A stretch of 64,000 bases of DNA from an uncultured Spirochaetota bacterium (GTDB lineage: Bacteria > Spirochaetota > Spirochaetia > SZUA-6 > CAVTHK01), in NCBI GenBank assembly GCA_963734495.1, contig CAVTHK010000013.1:513171-577170 (forward strand). Direction: 5' to 3'. The position numbers and the translations under genes are program-made. Position 1 is the stretch's first letter; every line of letters begins with the position of its first letter. Under the pieces are notes generated by a model, which made no database searches, was not told where the DNA came from, and was given only the letters and a program-made list of their open reading frames with translations. Shown in pieces: positions 1 to 10,364 of this stretch.

Positions 1-298
1 GCCGCTTCGGGTCTTCGGCGTTAAAGGTCCTCGCCGTGCCGCCGTAGCGGCCGATTTCGTGCAGCGGCTTGACGACGAGCCGGTCCTCGGGGACCGGAAG
101 CCTCTGATCGACGGGCGGGATCAGCCCGCGCTTGACCATCTCGGCGAGCAGCGGCGACTCCTTGACCGTGGACGGCGCCGATGCAGCCGCGGCGCCCGGC
201 GTTACGCCCGGCTTGCTTTCCTTGCCGCCTTCGGCGACTGCAAACGACGCAGCGACCAGGAGCAGCAAGAGGAACAGAGCGATGCGTCTTCCCGTCAT
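1..298 (-). CDS. ABC transporter substrate-binding protein, family 5-like (5' part; runs off the window)
   Basis: Own translation from ATG 298 after a GGAGGAGG RBS: MTGRRIALFLLLLLVAASFAVAEGGKES...KESPLLAEMVKRGLIPPVDQRLP...EIGRYGGT. Signal peptide plus the ESPxL..G.LPPVxxRLP..GxYGG start typical of this SBP group. Confidence 0.8.
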   Translation of the reverse strand, partial: MTGRRIALFLLLLLVAASFAVAEGGKESKPGVTPGAAAASAPSTVKESPLLAEMVKRGLIPPVDQRLPVPEDRLVVKPLHEIGRYGGTARTFNAEDPKR

Positions 299-412
299 GA
301 GAACCTCCTCCTTGTGTACGGGCGCCCGCCGCCCTCGGAGGGCGACGGAGCGAGTGGCCAGTATACCATGGCCTCAGCCGCGGCGCGCGCGGGCCGCGCC
401 CCTGCCGCGTAA

Positions 413-2971
413 TCAGTCCGCCTTGACCGTGAGCTGCACCTCCTTCCCGGGGCGCGCCTGGAGCCCGCGCGCGGCGCGCGCCTCCCCGTAGCCGGTCAGC
501 ACGAGCTTCTCGAGGGCGATCGAGCCGCCGAGGACCTCGATGTCCACTCGCACGCTCGCCTTCGCAGGCCGTTGCCTGCAGGTCCCCCACGCGTACCCCG
601 TCGACCAGAAGACCCTCGCCGCCTTCTTCGACGGCGCGAGGGTGAGCGTCCGCTCGACCGCGGAGTAGCGGAAGCCCGTGAGCGCCAGGATCCCTCCCCA
701 GGCCGCCATCGCGCGCGCGTAGTGGTGCCCGCACTCCGGCTCGTTGAAGGGGTTGCGCCTGCGGCCGTCGAACCGGTCGCGGATGGCCTTGAACACCTTG
801 AGCGCGTCGGCGTTCCGGCCCTCCTGCATCATGAGGACCGCCGCGGCGTACTCGATGCCCGTCCAGTTCTCGAAGAACCGGAAGCAGGGCCGCTCGGGAC
901 GCCCGCCTTTGGGCCAGGTGCCGTAGACCAACGCCTTCTCATCCTGCAGCGCGAACGCGCGGATCGGGTTGACGTGGTCGAAGTGGTCCGTCACGAAGTT
1001 GTACTTCATGATGCTCTTGAGCGTCGCGAGGATGTGCTCCCGGTCGAGCAGGCGGCCGAGCCCGCAGACGTGGGCGAGGAACTGGCCCACGAGCTGGTCC
1101 GTGAGGCACCCGAGCCCGGGCTGCTGCGGCGGGTTGGTGACGTCCACGCCGGCCATGAACGCGTGGCCCATGAGCCCTTTCGCGATCGCCTCGGGCCCCG
1201 ACGGCGTGCGGAGCTCCTGCACGTAGTACTCGCCGTCGAACAGGTGCTCGTCGACCCAGCGCGAGCCCCGCTCGTAGAGGCCGCGGCAGCGGCGCGCGAA
1301 CCCTTCATCTTTCAAGTGCCTGGCCATCTCCTCTGCCGCCCGCAGCGCCCCGAGGTACCAGCCGGCCATCAGGGGGTTGGGACCGTAGAACTCGAGGTCT
1401 GTGGTATTGTGCTGAACGCCCTCCATCACGCCGTCCTGGTCCGCGTCCCACCCGCCCGGGATCCAGGCGAACTCCAGCGCCTTGCGCGCCTTTGGCCAGA
1501 GGTCGCGCAGCATCTGCTCGTCGCCGGAGAGCTGCCAGTCGCGGTAGAGCTTCATGAGGCAGCCCATCTGCCCGTCGGCCGCGGCCATGGGGAACTCGCG
1601 GCCGTGCTCGATGGGCAGCCAGACGCGGAAGCTCATGTGGCCGTTGTCGCTCGTCGAGCGGAGGAACTCCGTGTCGCGCATGTTGCGCGAAAGGCTGCCG
1701 AAGAGGTAGGGCGTGGCGAGGTCGTAGTTCCACACGTGGGTGCAGGAGCCGGGGCAGCAGCCGGCCTGGTCGACGCAGCCTTCCCAGCCGTAGAAGCGGC
1801 CATCCCGGGTGCGGAAGCAGGTCTGGGAGCGCAGGCTGTTGAGATTGAAGAGCGCCGCTTCCTTGACTACCGCCGGCAGATCGCTCTCGCACAGCGCGCT
1901 GACGAACTGCACCGTTTGTTTTTCCAGGGCGGGGAGGCGGGGCACGGTCTTCGTCACGACATCCCAGGCGTCGGCGTAGAGCGTGCTGTACCAGTTGCCG
2001 ATGCGGTCGTTGACCGTGAGCTTGGGGCTCGCCCCGGCCACCGACTGGTAGCCCATGGCCCGTTCCATCTCGGGCGTCCAGGTCTGCCGGTTGGGGAAGG
2101 ACCACGCGATGAGGAACGTGATCGCCTTCTCGCTCCGGGCAGGGACGCGCGTGCTCACGCAGACCGAGGCCATCGGGCTGTCCTTGCCGCCTCCGTCGCG
2201 GGCTTCGATCCTGCCGTCCGAAGAGAAATCGTCCCAGAAGTCGGTGAGCGACTCGAACATGTTGCCGGCGTCGAACCAGGTTGTTCGCACGCTCACGCCC
2301 GAGGCGGCTGTGGTCGCCAAGGCCATGGTGCCCCACTGCTCCGCTGCCGGGTCCACACCCTCCGAGCGCAGGAACACCCCGTACGCCCTCTGCCCTTTGC
2401 GCTCCTCGTTGACGTTGCGGCTCTGCGTCCCGTTGACGCCGTCGGTGCCGACAAAGTTGTTCAAGTTCCCGCAGACCGACGCGGCGATCGGCGCCGCCGT
2501 CGGGTTGATGAGCACGAAGCGCAGCACGGCGACGGGGATCCCGCTCGCGTCCTCGTCGGCCGGGATCAGCGGGTTGAACCCTTCGATGCGGACGGCGAGC
2601 GGCATGTCCTTGTCGCTGAGGATGACCTGGCCGAGCGGATAGGCGGCGTGGAACTCGGCCTGCCGGAACCGGGGCATCCCGTACCAGCGCCCGCGGTAGC
2701 CGTTGGCGGAGTCGAAGGGCGGGTCGACCGGGCCCTCGAGCACCTTGGCTGCCGTTCCGCTTCCGGTCTTCGCGAACAGCGAAAAGAAGCTGAAGCGCGG
2801 CACGAACCCCTTGGAGGGCCGGTTGACGACCTCCCAGTCCCTCAGGTCGCCCCTGCCCCCGAGCGAGATCGTCCCCGTCCCGATGCCGCCGAGCGGCAGC
2901 GCGACGCACGTGAGGTGGTTCCGGTCGTAGCTCTTGAGCACCGGCCACTCGCGGCTGGTGAGCCTGGGCAT
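413..2971 (-). CDS. GH116 glycoside hydrolase (GBA2-like), copy 1
   Basis: MPRLTSREW after an AAGGAGGG RBS; motifs LPLGGIGTG, GWEGC...GSCTHVWNY, AADGQ, EGVQHNTTDLE, RRNPFNEPECGHHYARAM; intact frame. Confidence 0.9.
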   Translation of the reverse strand: MPRLTSREWPVLKSYDRNHLTCVALPLGGIGTGTISLGGRGDLRDWEVVNRPSKGFVPRFSFFSLFAKTGSGTAAKVLEGPVDPPFDSANGYRGRWYGMPRFRQAEFHAAYPLGQVILSDKDMPLAVRIEGFNPLIPADEDASGIPVAVLRFVLINPTAAPIAASVCGNLNNFVGTDGVNGTQSRNVNEERKGQRAYGVFLRSEGVDPAAEQWGTMALATTAASGVSVRTTWFDAGNMFESLTDFWDDFSSDGRIEARDGGGKDSPMASVCVSTRVPARSEKAITFLIAWSFPNRQTWTPEMERAMGYQSVAGASPKLTVNDRIGNWYSTLYADAWDVVTKTVPRLPALEKQTVQFVSALCESDLPAVVKEAALFNLNSLRSQTCFRTRDGRFYGWEGCVDQAGCCPGSCTHVWNYDLATPYLFGSLSRNMRDTEFLRSTSDNGHMSFRVWLPIEHGREFPMAAADGQMGCLMKLYRDWQLSGDEQMLRDLWPKARKALEFAWIPGGWDADQDGVMEGVQHNTTDLEFYGPNPLMAGWYLGALRAAEEMARHLKDEGFARRCRGLYERGSRWVDEHLFDGEYYVQELRTPSGPEAIAKGLMGHAFMAGVDVTNPPQQPGLGCLTDQLVGQFLAHVCGLGRLLDREHILATLKSIMKYNFVTDHFDHVNPIRAFALQDEKALVYGTWPKGGRPERPCFRFFENWTGIEYAAAVLMMQEGRNADALKVFKAIRDRFDGRRRNPFNEPECGHHYARAMAAWGGILALTGFRYSAVERTLTLAPSKKAARVFWSTGYAWGTCRQRPAKASVRVDIEVLGGSIALEKLVLTGYGEARAARGLQARPGKEVQLTVKAD

Positions 2972-3010
2972 CGGGTCCCTCCTTTTCGCGCACTGCGCCT
3001 CGCGCGCCCC

Positions 3011-3064
3011 GACCGTGCACGTGTACGGTCGCGCGAGCTTAGCACGCACCCTGTGCACCGTCAA
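3011..3064 (-). promoter_or_regulatory. Sigma70-type promoter of GH116 copy 1 with a palindromic operator
   Basis: Minus strand TTGACG (3064-3059), 17 bp, TAAGCT (3041-3036), then the near-perfect palindrome GACCGTGCACGTGTACGGTC (3011-3030). Confidence 0.65.
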
Positions 3065-5761
3065 CGAAATTCGATGGCGAGGGGCCGCCCGGGCTCGACC
3101 ACGACGGGCGAGCCGAAGAGGAGCCGGTCGGCCTCGAGCGAATGCGCGACCGGCGCGCCCCCGAGCGCGACGCGTACGCTGTGCCTGCCCCGCAGCCGGT
3201 CGACGCTCAAGGCGCGCAGCGTGAGCGGGGCGCCGAGGACCGAAAGCCGGGCGCTCCGCGAGTCGCACTCGAAGACGCCCCAGGAGCTGCCGACGCTCCA
3301 GAACGTCGAGAACGCACCGGGCGCGAGCGGCGCGAATCCGATCGCGCCTTCGACCATGTCGAACGAGAAGCCGGAGTACGCGAGGAGCAGCGCGTACGAA
3401 GCCATCGAGCGCGCGTAGTTGCTGCCGCACTCGATCTCGTTCCAGGGGTTGCGCTTCGCCCCGTCGTAGCGGCCGCGGACCGCCCGGACGATCGCCAGAC
3501 CTTCTTCGATCAACCCTTCCTGGATCATGTGGCAGGCGGCCTGGTACTCGAAGCCCGCCATCATCTCCTCGGCGTACGGCACGGGGATCGTGGGCTTCGC
3601 GCGCCGCGGGAAGCTGCAGATGATGGCGCCGCCCTCGTCGTCGACCGCGAAGACCCGGCACGGGTTCGCCAGGTCGCGGACGCTCGCCTTGTAGTTGTGG
3701 CGGTAGATCGCCTGCGAGCGCCTTGCGCGTCTGCGCGGCGTCGAAGATGCGGCCGAGCCCGACGATGTTCGCGTGCCACTGGGCGAGCACCTGGTCGATG
3801 ATGCAGCCTTCGGCCACCTGGTACTTCATCTCGGCGTGCTCCTCGTCCCAGTAGGCGTCGCGGGCCTCGCCGATGCGCTCGTCGGCCCCGGGGTAGCTCT
3901 CGAGGATCGAGCGGTCCTTGAGATCGATCTTCTGGAAGTAGTACTCGCCGTTGAACAGGTGCTCGTCCACCCAGCGGCGCCCGCGCTCGAACAGCGCGAG
4001 GTACTCGGCCGAGGCATCGCGGTCGCCCAGGTGCTCCGCCATCTCGCGAGCCCGCCTTGAGCGCCGCGAGGTAGAAACCGGTGAGCCACGAGTTGGGCCC
4101 GAAGAGCTCCATGTCGAGCGTGTGGTGCTGGCGGCCTTCGAGCACGCCGTCGCGGTCGCGGTCCCAGCGGTCGGCGTTCGCTTCGGACCAGGCGAAGGCG
4201 AGCGCGCTCTTGATCTCGCGCCAGTGCGAGGCGAGCCAGGCCGTGTCGCCCGAGATCTTCCATTCGCGGTACGCCTTGATCACGGCGCCGAACTGGCCGT
4301 CCGCGCAGGCGCGGAACGTCGCGCGCGCGCGGCCGAGCGGGAGCTGCAGCCGGAACGTCATGTCGCCCGCGGCGCCGAGGTTGTACCGCAGCTCCGCGTC
4401 GCGCATCGAGCGCTCGAGGGCGGGGAACAGGAACGGCAGCGCGTAGGCGTAGTTCCAGACGTGCTGGCAGCTGCCCTTCGCAGCAGCCCTCGCGGGCGTG
4501 GCAGCCTTCCCAACCGTAGAACGTGCCGTCCTCGAGGCGCAGCACCGTCGGCGACTTGAGGATCGAGATGTTGGCGCTCACCGCGTCGAGGACCGCCTCG
4601 GGAACGGTGCTCCCGAAGAGGGCATCCGTGAACGCCCGGGTCTCGCGGGCCAGCCGCTCCCAGTTGCCCAGACGATAGAGGGCGCTCTCCGTGGAGTCGC
4701 GGAAGAGCGTGGCGTAGTAGTTCTTCCAGGTCCTGGGCTTGCAGGCGGCGCCGCCGCCGGCCCCGGCGCCCGCGGCACCAGCGCCCCCCGCCCCGCCGGC
4801 CCCGGCGCCTGCGCCCCCCGCCCCGCCGCCGCAGCCGCACGCCTCGGGCCTCCAGTAGTTGGTGCAGTTGGGAAAGGACCAGCTGATCACGAAGCGCGCG
4901 GCTACGGACGTCGCCCGGCTCCACGTCGAGGTGCGCCGCGAGCAGCGCAATGTCTTCGCCGCTGTACTGCTTGCGGCCGCCGGAGGCGGCCGCGTAGCGC
5001 CGGTTGGCGAACGGCCCCGCCTTTGTCAGGTCCTGCCAGTAGACGGCGAGGTTGTCGAACCAGCGCCCGCGGTACAGGTACTCCTGGTAGCTCACGGCGG
5101 CGGCGTCGGTGGCGATCGTGAGGTCGCCGAACGCGGGGTCGCCCGCGTCGACGCTCTCGGAATCCAGGCGCACGAGCGAGACACCGCCGTCGCGGGCGAA
5201 GCGGTTGCGGGCACCCGAGGCGAGCGGGTTGCGCACGACGAGCGCGAGCGTGTAGGCGAGCGGCTCCGCCGTCGTGTTGCGCACCTCGATCTCGAAGAAC
5301 GCCGCGGGGATGCCGGAGTCCCGGTCGTTGTGGGGGATGAGGGGATTGAAGGCGGTCATGCGCACTTCGCCCGGGAAGCCGGCGGGAGCGTCGTTGTCCG
5401 CGAAGCTGAGCGACGCCAGCGGGTACGTGCCTGCAAACTCGACTTCCCGGAAGTGAGGCAGCCCCGCGAGGGAGTCGCGCGGCGCGCCGAAGCCGAACCC
5501 CCGGTAATTCTCCCCGGCAAGCTCGCCGGAGTACGGGGCGGCGAGATCGCCGTGGAGGACGCGGGCGGCGACGACGCGGCCCTCCCGCTCCGCCCTGATC
5601 GCGAAGTGGCTCGGCCCGTTGCGGCTGCCCTTGTTCGGCCGGTTGTAGATCTCCCAGTCGATCAGGGCGCCGTTGCCCGCGAGCCCGATCGAGCCGGTGC
5701 CCAGGCCGCCCAGCGGGAACGAGATCTCCCGCGCCGCGGCGCCGCGATGCACGAAACCCAT
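3061..5761 (-). CDS. GH116 glycoside hydrolase, copy 2 (several frameshifts)
   Basis: Pieces in ORFs 4358-5761, 3826-4950, 3561-4406, 413-4042 (N-part) and 3061-3582: [57 protein letters not shown]. Confidence 0.85.
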
Positions 5762-5773
5762 GCCGCCTCCCTG

Positions 5774-6760
5774 CTACACCGATTCCCCCGGCACGATCTG
5801 GTGCTCGACCACCACCGCGGGCGATCCCTTCCCGCCGTTCATCAGGGAGAGCAGCGTCTCCACCGCCCGCCGCGCGATCTCCGGGATGTGGAAGTCCACC
5901 GTCGCCAGCGCCGGTCGCACGAACTGAAGCGTCTCTATGTTATCGAAGCCCATGACGCCGGCATCCTCGGGCACGCGGAGGCCGCTCGCCGCGAGATGCC
6001 TCAGGATCCTGAGCGCGAAGATGTCGCTGTGGCACATGAACGCGGTCCGCTCGCGCGCGAGGTCGAGGCCGTCCACGTCCGCGAGGTACCCGTGCGTCCT
6101 CAGCACGAGCGGCTGCGCGAGGCCGGGTGTCTCGCGCAGCGCGTCCCGGTAGCCGAGCGCGCGCTGCTCCACCGCGTACCGGTTGGCGTCGTCGCGGTCG
6201 CCGAGCGGCGGGCTGACGTACACGATGCGCCGGTAGCCCCGCGACGCGATGTATCGCACCGCCTCCGCGGTCGCCAGCCTGTCGTCCAGGCCCACGAACG
6301 GCCACTTCTTCGACAGCCTGTTCGCGATGCAGACGAGCGGCCGGTTGAGGCTGCTCAGGTAGCGCTCGAACTCCCTGCCCTTGCCCACCGGCAGAATGAG
6401 GAACCCGTCCACGTTGAGCCCGGCGAGGCGCTCGAGCGCCGCGGTCTCTTCGCCCCGGTCCTTGCCCGAAAGCGCGACGTGGGCGAAGTACCCGGCGGCC
6501 CGCGCGCAGTCCATGATCGCCGACACGAGCTCGGCAAAGAACTCGTGCGCCAGGTCGAAGACCACGACCCCGATGGCGCTCGTCTTGCCCTTGACCAGGC
6601 CGCGGGCGAGCAGGTCCACGCGGTAGCCGACCTCGCGGCTCACGCGCAGGACCTTCTCGCGCGTCGCGCGGCTGATCCCGGGCTTGTCGTGCAGCGCCCG
6701 GTCGACGCTGCCGCGCGAGACGCCGCAGATCCTGGCGATGTCCTTGGTTGTGACTCTCAT
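5774..6760 (-). CDS. LacI-family transcriptional regulator
   Basis: N-terminal HTH (TTKDIARICGVSRGSVDRAL), hinge ARGL, sugar-binding domain ending VPEDAGVMGFDN...PALATV. Confidence 0.93.
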   Translation of the reverse strand: MRVTTKDIARICGVSRGSVDRALHDKPGISRATREKVLRVSREVGYRVDLLARGLVKGKTSAIGVVVFDLAHEFFAELVSAIMDCARAAGYFAHVALSGKDRGEETAALERLAGLNVDGFLILPVGKGREFERYLSSLNRPLVCIANRLSKKWPFVGLDDRLATAEAVRYIASRGYRRIVYVSPPLGDRDDANRYAVEQRALGYRDALRETPGLAQPLVLRTHGYLADVDGLDLARERTAFMCHSDIFALRILRHLAASGLRVPEDAGVMGFDNIETLQFVRPALATVDFHIPEIARRAVETLLSLMNGGKGSPAVVVEHQIVPGESV

Positions 6761-6864
6761 CGCGCGGACCGGACCTTAGCACGTCGCCGGGCCGGGGTCA
6801 AACACGGGGTCGCCCTTCCAACTGACCACAGGAGAATGAGATAATGAAGAAGTCCGCCGCGCCC

Positions 6865-6907
6865 TTGACCCCGTTTTCCCGACGCCATAGACTCGTGCAC
6901 GTGCACG
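6865..6907 (+). promoter_or_regulatory. Sigma70-type promoter of GH116 copy 3 with a palindromic operator
   Basis: TTGACC (6865-6870), 17 bp, TAGACT (6888-6893), followed at once by the perfect palindrome CGTGCACGTGCACG (6894-6907). Confidence 0.7.
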
Positions 6908-6917
6908 GGGGGACAAA

Positions 6918-9464
6918 ATGAACACGACCACGCATCGATTCAACGGCCCGTACGAAGGGGACCACCTCGCGAAGACGGCCTTCCCGCTCGGCGGCATCGG
7001 CGCGGGGATGGTGTGCCTGGAGGGGACGGGGGCCTTGTCGCACGTCTCGCTGCGGGGGCGGCCGGAGATCTACAACGAGCCGCTCGCCTTCTCGACGCTG
7101 TGGGTCGAGGGCCTGGGCGCCCGCGTGCTCGAAGGCCCGGTGCCCGAGTGGAAGCTCTTCTTCCCGTGGGGCGACTCCGGACGCCTCTCGAGCGGCAACG
7201 GCGGCGGCGGCAAGAGCTACGGCCTGCCCCGCTTTGCCGAAGCGAGCTTCCTCCCGCGCTTCCCGTTCGCGACGGTGACTCTGCGCGGCTCGTGGCCCCT
7301 CGCCGTCGAGATCACCGGCTGGAGCCCCTTTGTGCCGGGCGACGAGGACGCTTCGAGCCTGCCCGCGGCGGCGATCGAGCTGCGCGTGCGCAACCGCAGC
7401 AGCAGGAGCCTGCGCGCCGTCTACTCGTTCCACTCGCGCAACTTTGTCGCCACCGGCGCGGGCGGCGACCGCGTCGAGCGCATCCCCGGCGGCTTCGTGC
7501 TGCGCCAGGACGAGGCGGCCTTTGCGGCCGCGATCGCGGAGCCGGGCGCGCGGGTCAACGCCGCCTGGTTCCGCGGAGGCTGGTGGGACCCGCTCACGAT
7601 GCTGTGGAAGGAAGTCTCCTCCGGCAAACCGCAGGACCGCGAGCCGCCCGCCGAGGGCGCCCCGAGCCCGGGCGCGAGCGTGGCAGTTGCCTTCAATCTC
7701 AAGTCCGGCGCCGAGCGCACCGTGCGCCTCCTGCTCGCGTGGTACGCGCCGAAGACCGACCTGGCGACCGGCAAGGGCGTCGAGGACGAGACGCGGCCCG
7801 CCGGCACGTACTCCCCCTGGTACGCGGCGCGCTTCGCCGGCGTCGAGCAGGTGCTGGAGAAATGGCGGGCGGACTACAGGAAGCTGCGCGAGGCGAGCGA
7901 GACCTTCACCCGCTGCTTCTACGACACGACGCTTCCGGCCGCGGCGGTCGAAGCGGTCGCCGCGAACCTGACGATCCTCAAGTCGCCGACCGTGCTGCGG
8001 CAGACCGACGGGCGGCTCTGGTGCTGGGAAGGCTGCTACGACAGCAAGGGCTGCTGCCCCGGAAGCTGCACGCACGTCTGGAACTACGCGCAGGCGATCC
8101 CGCACCTGTTCCCCGCGCTCGAGCGGACCTGCGGCAGAGCGAGTTTCACGAGGCGCAGGACGACGAGGGGCAGCAGTCGTTCCGCGTGCCGCTGCCGATC
8201 CGCAAGGCCGCGCAGGAACGGCCTCCCGCGGCCGACGGTCAGCTCGGCGGCATCATCAAGGTCTATCGCGACTGGCGCATCAGCGGCGACACGGGCTGGC
8301 TGCGCTCGCTGTGGCCGCAGGTCAGGAGCAGCCTCGACTACTGCATCCGCCACTGGGACCCCGACCGGGGCGGGCTGCTCGTCGAGCCGCACCACAACAC
8401 CTACGACATCGAGTTCTGGGGTCCCGACGGCATGTGCGGGACCTTCTACGTCGCGGCCCTGCGCGCCGCGGCGCTGATGGCCGGGGCGATTGGCGAGGAC
8501 CCGAAGCCCTGGCAGGAGCTCTACGAGAGGGGACGGCGGCGCCTGGAGGAGGAGCTGTTCGACGGCGAGTACTTCGTGCAGCAGGTGCAGTGGAAGGGGC
8601 TCCGCGCGGGCGACCCGACCGCGTTCAAGACGCTGGAGCAGACCACTTACGGTTCGGCCGAGGCGCGGGCGCTGCTCGACGCCGAGGGGCCCAAGTACCA
8701 GTACGGCGCGGGCTGCCTCTCCGACGGCGTGCTCGGCGCCTGGATGGCCGAGGTCTGCGGCGTGGGCGAAACGCTCGACACGGCGAGGATCACGAGCCAC
8801 CTCATGTCGGTCCACCGCTACAACTTCCGCGGGAGCTTCGCCGACCACGCCAACCCCCAGCGGCCCACGTATGCCGCGGGCGGGGAGGCCGGCCTGTCTG
8901 CTGTGCTCGTGGCCCAAGGGGGGCATGCCTTCGCTGCCCATGGTCTACAGCGACGAGGTCTGGACCGGCATCGAGTACCAGGTGGCTTCGCACCTGATCC
9001 TGCGGGGCAGGGTGCGCGAGGGCCTCGCCATCGTGGAGGCGGCCCGGGCCCGCTACGACGGAAGGACGCGCAACCCCTTTAACGAATACGAGTGCGGGCA
9101 CTGGTACGGCCGCGCGCAGTCGTCGTACGCGCTGCTTCAGGCGTTTTCCGGTGCGCGCTACGACGCCGTCGACCGCGTGCTGACGATCGCTCCCGCGCAG
9201 CCCGGCGAGCTGCGGGTGTTCCTCGCGACCGCGACCGGCTACGGGACCGTGGGCGTCAGGCGTGGACAGCCGTTCATCGAGGTGCGCTCGGGAACGATCG
9301 CGGTCGACCGCATCGACTATAAGCCGGCCGGCGGGGTGACGCGGCCGCCGAAGAGAAAGCGCGCGGCGGCGAAGAGGCCGGCGGCGAAGAAGCGCGCGGT
9401 CAAGCCGCGGCCGAAGCGAGCGCGAGCGAAGCGTAGCCGACGACCCGCGACCGGCTCCCGGTAA
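6918..9464 (+). CDS. GH116 glycoside hydrolase, copy 3 (two frameshifts)
   Basis: FPLGGIGAG, WCWEGC..GCCPGSCTHVWNYAQA, AADGQLG, EPHHNTYDIEFWGP, YSDEVWTGIEY, RNPFNEYECGHWYGR spread over ORFs 6918, 7013 and 8490. Confidence 0.88.
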
Positions 9465-10250
9465 CGTCGCCGGAGTTGGCCGCGGAGATGCAGCTGCGGC
9501 GGCAGGCCGCCCATCACCTTGGACAGCAGCAGCAGCGTCGTCACGGCCGAGGCCCCGCAGAGCTCGCAGGGACCGAGCTGCGCCAGCTCGTGGAAACGGC
9601 TCGGGTCGCCCTGGACGATCGCGGCCAGCGTCCGCTCGTCGATCCGCTTCGCGTCCTCGTAGGTGTGGTAGTGCGAGAGGTCGGTCGAGGCGACGTAGAG
9701 GGCCTGCCTGCCGCCGAGCGCCTTGTGCAGCGCCGCTGCCAGGCGCTGGCACGTGTCGAAGGCGCCGTCGCCGATCAGGATGGGAAGGATCCGCGGCGCA
9801 GCCGAAGAGCACCTGCAGGAACGGCAGGTTCACCTCCAGGCTGTGCTCCGTCTCGTCCACCTCGGGCCTGAAGCCGACGCCGCCCTCGTCGGAGATGAGG
9901 CGTTCGGCCGTCTCCCGATCGACGGGCACTTCGCCGAGCGGGGTGCGGTACGCGGCGTGGCGGCTGACCGATGCGCCGCGGAAGTGGGCGTGGTGCGACG
10001 GGCCGAGGAGCACGACGGTGTCGAAGCTCCGCCCCTGCACGAGCCGGTAGCCGGCGGCGGCCACCGCTCCGGAGTAGGCGTACCCCGCGTGAGGCACGAT
10101 CAGGCCCCAGGGCCGGCCTTCGATCCGGGCTTCGGGGGCAGCCGCGAGAAGGCGGCGGACCTCGGCTTCGAGCGCCCCCGCTTCGGCCGGGTAGAAGGAG
10201 CCGGCGACCGCGGGCTGTCGGCTCTCCTTGAACTGCGCAGGCGTCGCCAT
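9400..10250 (-). CDS. amrB: AmmeMemoRadiSam system protein B (MEMO1-like), frameshifted
   Basis: RQPAVAGSFYP, IVPHAGYAYSG, LGPSHH, EHSLEVNLPFLQ; C-terminus ANSGDVTG..RVVGYAS, stop at 9400-9402. Confidence 0.88.
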
Positions 10251-10364
10251 GGGCTCCTCCCGCGGCGATTATGGTCCGGCGCGGGGCAGGCGCTCAAGCC
10301 CCGGCCGGTCCGATTCTCACGGGGTCCGCGGCCCAGGCCGATATAGGAATTCAGGGAGGGTCTG

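Noticed and set aside
413-4042. 1209-aa fused GH116 ORF
   Set aside because: Chance in-frame join of a copy-2 fragment to copy 1; copy 1 has its own promoter, RBS and start at 2971.
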